DNA of 63,904 nt, filler included, from Squatina squatina (lineage: Eukaryota), in NCBI GenBank assembly GCA_031763465.1. It is 20 parts of one record of this genome, joined end to end, with 100 filler letters (N's around TTAATTAATTAA, not from the genome) between each part and the next. Parts side by side here need not be neighbours in the genome. Positions count along the whole stretch, not along the records: positions 60,652 to 62,782 come from JARFOE010000162.1; positions 62,883 to 63,904 come from JARFOE010000162.1; 18 more parts are not named here. The stretch is one strand, 5' to 3'. Of the stretch, positions 60,652 to 63,904 are shown piece by piece. Position 1 is the stretch's first letter. Each line of letters starts with the position of its first letter. The translations under genes and the position numbers were made by a program. The notes under the pieces are model-generated. The model made no database searches. It worked only from the letters and a program-made list of their open reading frames with translations, and was not told where the DNA came from.

Positions 60652-60930
60652 TTTCACAAATTCAGGGCGTTCCACAGCACTTTACAACCAACGGAGCACG
60701 TTTGAAGCCACTGTTGTAATGCAGGAAAGGCAGCAGCCAAATTGCGCTCAGCAAGATCCCACAAAACAGCAATGAGATAATGACCAGATAATCTACTTTA
60801 ATGAAATTGGTTGAAGGGAAAATATTTGCCAGGATACCGGAAAGAACTCCCATGCTCTTCTTCGAATGAGATGTTTTACATCCACCTGAGAGGGCAGATC
60901 GGACCTTGGTTTAACATCTCAGCTAAAAGA
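60652..60930 (-). mobile_element. DeuSINE fragment
   Basis: GCAGCCAAATTGCGCTCAGCAAGATCCCACAA...CATCCACCTGAGAGGGCAGA. Confidence 0.88.
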
Positions 60931-61461
60931 TAGCGTTGCTTTAGCAGGGTGAGGGAGTGGGTGGGTTAAAAATTTGTATGAGACTTTGGCTCATAAAAGA
61001 AAAGCCTAAGTAAAGAAACAGTTATATGTTTGAGATACTACCGTTATTGTTTGACTTTACCTATATCTTGCAGGCAGGAGTTAATGTGAGTACAATAGGG
61101 ACTCCAAAGCAGTCGCCTTTGTCATCAATCCTCACATGCTGGACAAAATCACTCACTATTCCTAAATAAAACCTCGCTAGCATATCCAGCTCCTGTTTGT
61201 ATTGTGGTGTCACACTGACCGGCCTACACTTCATCACTTGTAATAACATCTCCCTAGTCCATCTGGCATGAGTGATCTGCTTTAAAAAGTAAAGAGTGGA
61301 TTGTCCCTGTTCCCACAAGCAGGGAGGTGGGTACCTCACACCCTGGGAGAACCCAATGAAAAATCAGATCAAATTGGGCCCACTGCCTGCGATTATCCGA
61401 TGCATGCTCTCGCCGTGTGAGATGCCATGTTATGTGCAAGACCACTGAAAACGGACCTCAA

Positions 61462-61692
61462 CGCCGTGGCTCAGTAGGTAGCATTCTCGCCTGTGAGTCA
61501 GAAGGCTGGTGGAGTTCAGGGCCCCTGCCAGGGGCTTGAGCACAAATCTAGACTGACACTCCAGTGCAGCACTGAGGGAGTGCTGCACTGTCAGAGGTGC
61601 CATCTTTCAGAAGAGACGTTAAACCGAGGCCCCTCTCTCTCAGGTGGATGTAAAAGATCCCATGGAACTATTTTGAAGAAGAGCAGGGGAGT
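61462..61692 (+). mobile_element. DeuSINE 5' half
   Basis: A box TGGCTCAGTAGG, then GACACTCCAGTGCAGCACTGAGGGAGTGCTGCAC and the start of the Deu core. Confidence 0.9.
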
Positions 61693-63904
61693 ATGGTAAT
61701 CGATAACTCCCAATTTCTAAATGAGAAAATAAAACCTCTGATATTATGTATCTTAAGTAGAAGCATGTGCCAACCTGCATTACCACCACGGTCTTATCAG
61801 TATGCAGAAGTCCCTATCTCTCCATGAGTTTAAAAGGCTGCATCTTTTTATCAATGTTATCTCAGTAATTATATGCACATCGTGTTTTGTTATCTGCGCG
61901 TCTAAATATAACAGAACATTTCACTCTGGTACAGCACACGCGATTAAAAATGAAATATGATCTGTGTTCATGGGTCTGCTGCCAAGGCTGCTTTCATGCT
62001 GCTTTTGGCATGAGTGACATTTTTACGACTATTTTGTATAAACCGTTGATGCATTGTCTGTTTTATTGGCTCGCAGACACTTTCTGTAAAATTATGAAAA
62101 GTGCATGATAAAACCTGCTTGTTACTCTGAGAGCTTGGTTGCTTCGCCCACTTGATGACATCATTGCTGCTGGATTCCAGAGGTCCCCGAAAGATGGCAC
62201 CGGAATTAAATTAATGTCAGAAAAGGTGAAGTCAATGAAACTGAAAGTTTGTGGACAGCTTTTGGCGAGGTCGGCGGTGAACTTTACCGCTTCTCCTGGA
62301 ATTCATCCAACCAAAATTGGCGACCTTACTCTGGGCAAGAGGCGAAGAAACAGATCAAGACCCCTTCTGGTGTCACAAGCTAAGCTAAGAGCTAATCCTG
62401 CTCCTCTGCGCTCCTTTGAAAAGGCCCTGTTACTTTTCCAGCTTCTGTTGTCTGGTTCATGAGAGACTATCATCAGTGCATATATTGCTAAATATATTGT
62501 TATCCTACCAAAGAGTTAAACGCCCACAGAAATGTGGGCCTGCAAGTCTGCTGTGGCGATAAGGTTTTATAATGTGCAATATCGTAATATAAAAGTAGAT
62601 TATCGTGAAGCTAGAACAATATAATGGTGTGTTTTCTGCTTTCTAAATATTTCCACATTCTTCAGGTTTTACAACAACATGAATTTATATAATACTGTTA
62701 ATGCAAAGTGTCCACCCATCTTTACAAACCTATTATATATTTTTGACTTTTCCTCAGCTTTTTAAAATAAAAATTAATTCCTNNNNNNNNNNNNNNNNNN
62801 NNNNNNNNNNNNNNNNNNNNNNNNNNTTAATTAATTAANNNNNNNNNNNNNNNNNNNNNNNNNNNNNNNNNNNNNNNNNNNNCTGTGACTCTACTGACAT
62901 GGGAGTTACATCTCAATCCACATTAACTATGGCATTATTTGACATAGGGACTGAATTGCAAGATACTTTGCGCACAGGTTTAGCTGGCATTAGATATAGC
63001 TTGTAGTCTCCGCTTTATGGAAGATCTTCAGAAATTTGGGATATCACCCACCATTGTGTCGGCGAGATAAATGGCTGCCTCGAATGTCTGGAGGCTACAA
63101 TGCAGTTAAATGTGGAACATCATTGTCAGGTCAAGAGCTTTTTGATCAGCATCATGTCTGTGGTGCTGACAAATTCAAGTGACAGATCCTTGCGAGGGAT
63201 GACAGAAGCCATTCCGCGAGACAGCAGAAGGCTTTAATGTCCCCAAGGAAGAAGCATCAGTCAGTGGCACTGTGCCATGCATTATCCTTGTTTTGCAGTT
63301 GTGTATCATGAAATTAGATCGCAGATAGCATATTAACAGTACCACAATTGGTGAGACACAGGTGCAGAGACATATCAAACTGTGTACACACCGAGAAAGG
63401 GTACAGAACCTCATGGGGACAAAAACCCCCCACAAAATATCACAAATAGGGTCCCTCACACAAGACAAGTGTGAAATACATGCAGTTGTCCTAAATGTTG
63501 CTGTATGACGCAATGCTTTTTAACCCATTACAGAAACCACCTTTACCACAAATCATTTTTTTTTAAACTACAAAACTGCAGTTTGAATCTCGTTTGTCCA
63601 GTGTCTTCTTGTTTCGGGACATTAAAACAGGAGTAGGCCATTGTGTCAGCTCTGCCATTTTACGAGCCTGACAGCTGTTTGTTTTTTATAGGAGCATTGG
63701 ATGAATGACATAAATTGCCCTTCTGTGCTGGTTTTAAAATATAAATTCACATTGGGTATAGCTGTTGGCAATAACCGATGGCCATTACATATGATAACTG
63801 CTGATATGTTAATTGTGGCGTCTTTTTCTGTTTCCCTCAAGATGTTATTTCAGATGAAATGTGCATAGATCAAGTTAGCTTGAATTCCCCCGACAGTTGA
63901 CTTA

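Noticed and set aside
2648..62838. TTAATTAATTAA recurring 19 times, superficially like a regularly interspaced repeat array
   Set aside because: It is always centred in a 100-bp N-gap (44 N each side) and has stops in six frames, so it is a scaffolding linker. Adjacency across these gaps is therefore also uncertain.

Overview
Repeat-rich, non-coding (intronic or intergenic) vertebrate DNA, very probably from a shark or other cartilaginous fish. That assignment is inferred from the repeat landscape: about 16 copies of a tRNA-headed DeuSINE of the SacSINE1 type, plus many CR1, L2 and RTE LINE fragments. I recognise no host protein-coding gene, tRNA, rRNA or CRISPR array. The ORFs with recognisable protein similarity are all decayed retrotransposon pieces (L2, CR1, RTE and one Ingi/Vingi-like fragment). 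The scaffold is fragmented, with many N-gaps, 19 of which carry an artificial TTAATTAATTAA linker. The most notable signals are: (1) a perfect 60-bp inverted repeat (44870-44929 / 45443-45502) inside a much more diverged outer palindrome; (2) short Penelope-type insertions with target-site duplications (TSDs) and remnants of a minimal hammerhead ribozyme; (3) a Vingi/Ingi-like LINE fragment; (4) several copies of an AmnSINE2-like SINE; (5) clear nested insertions; (6) low-confidence candidate exons and enhancer-like motif clusters. Family names come from my recollection of consensus sequences and need a Dfam/Repbase check. Repeat boundaries are approximate except where TSDs are quoted. I found no convincing evidence for a wholly new biological system.
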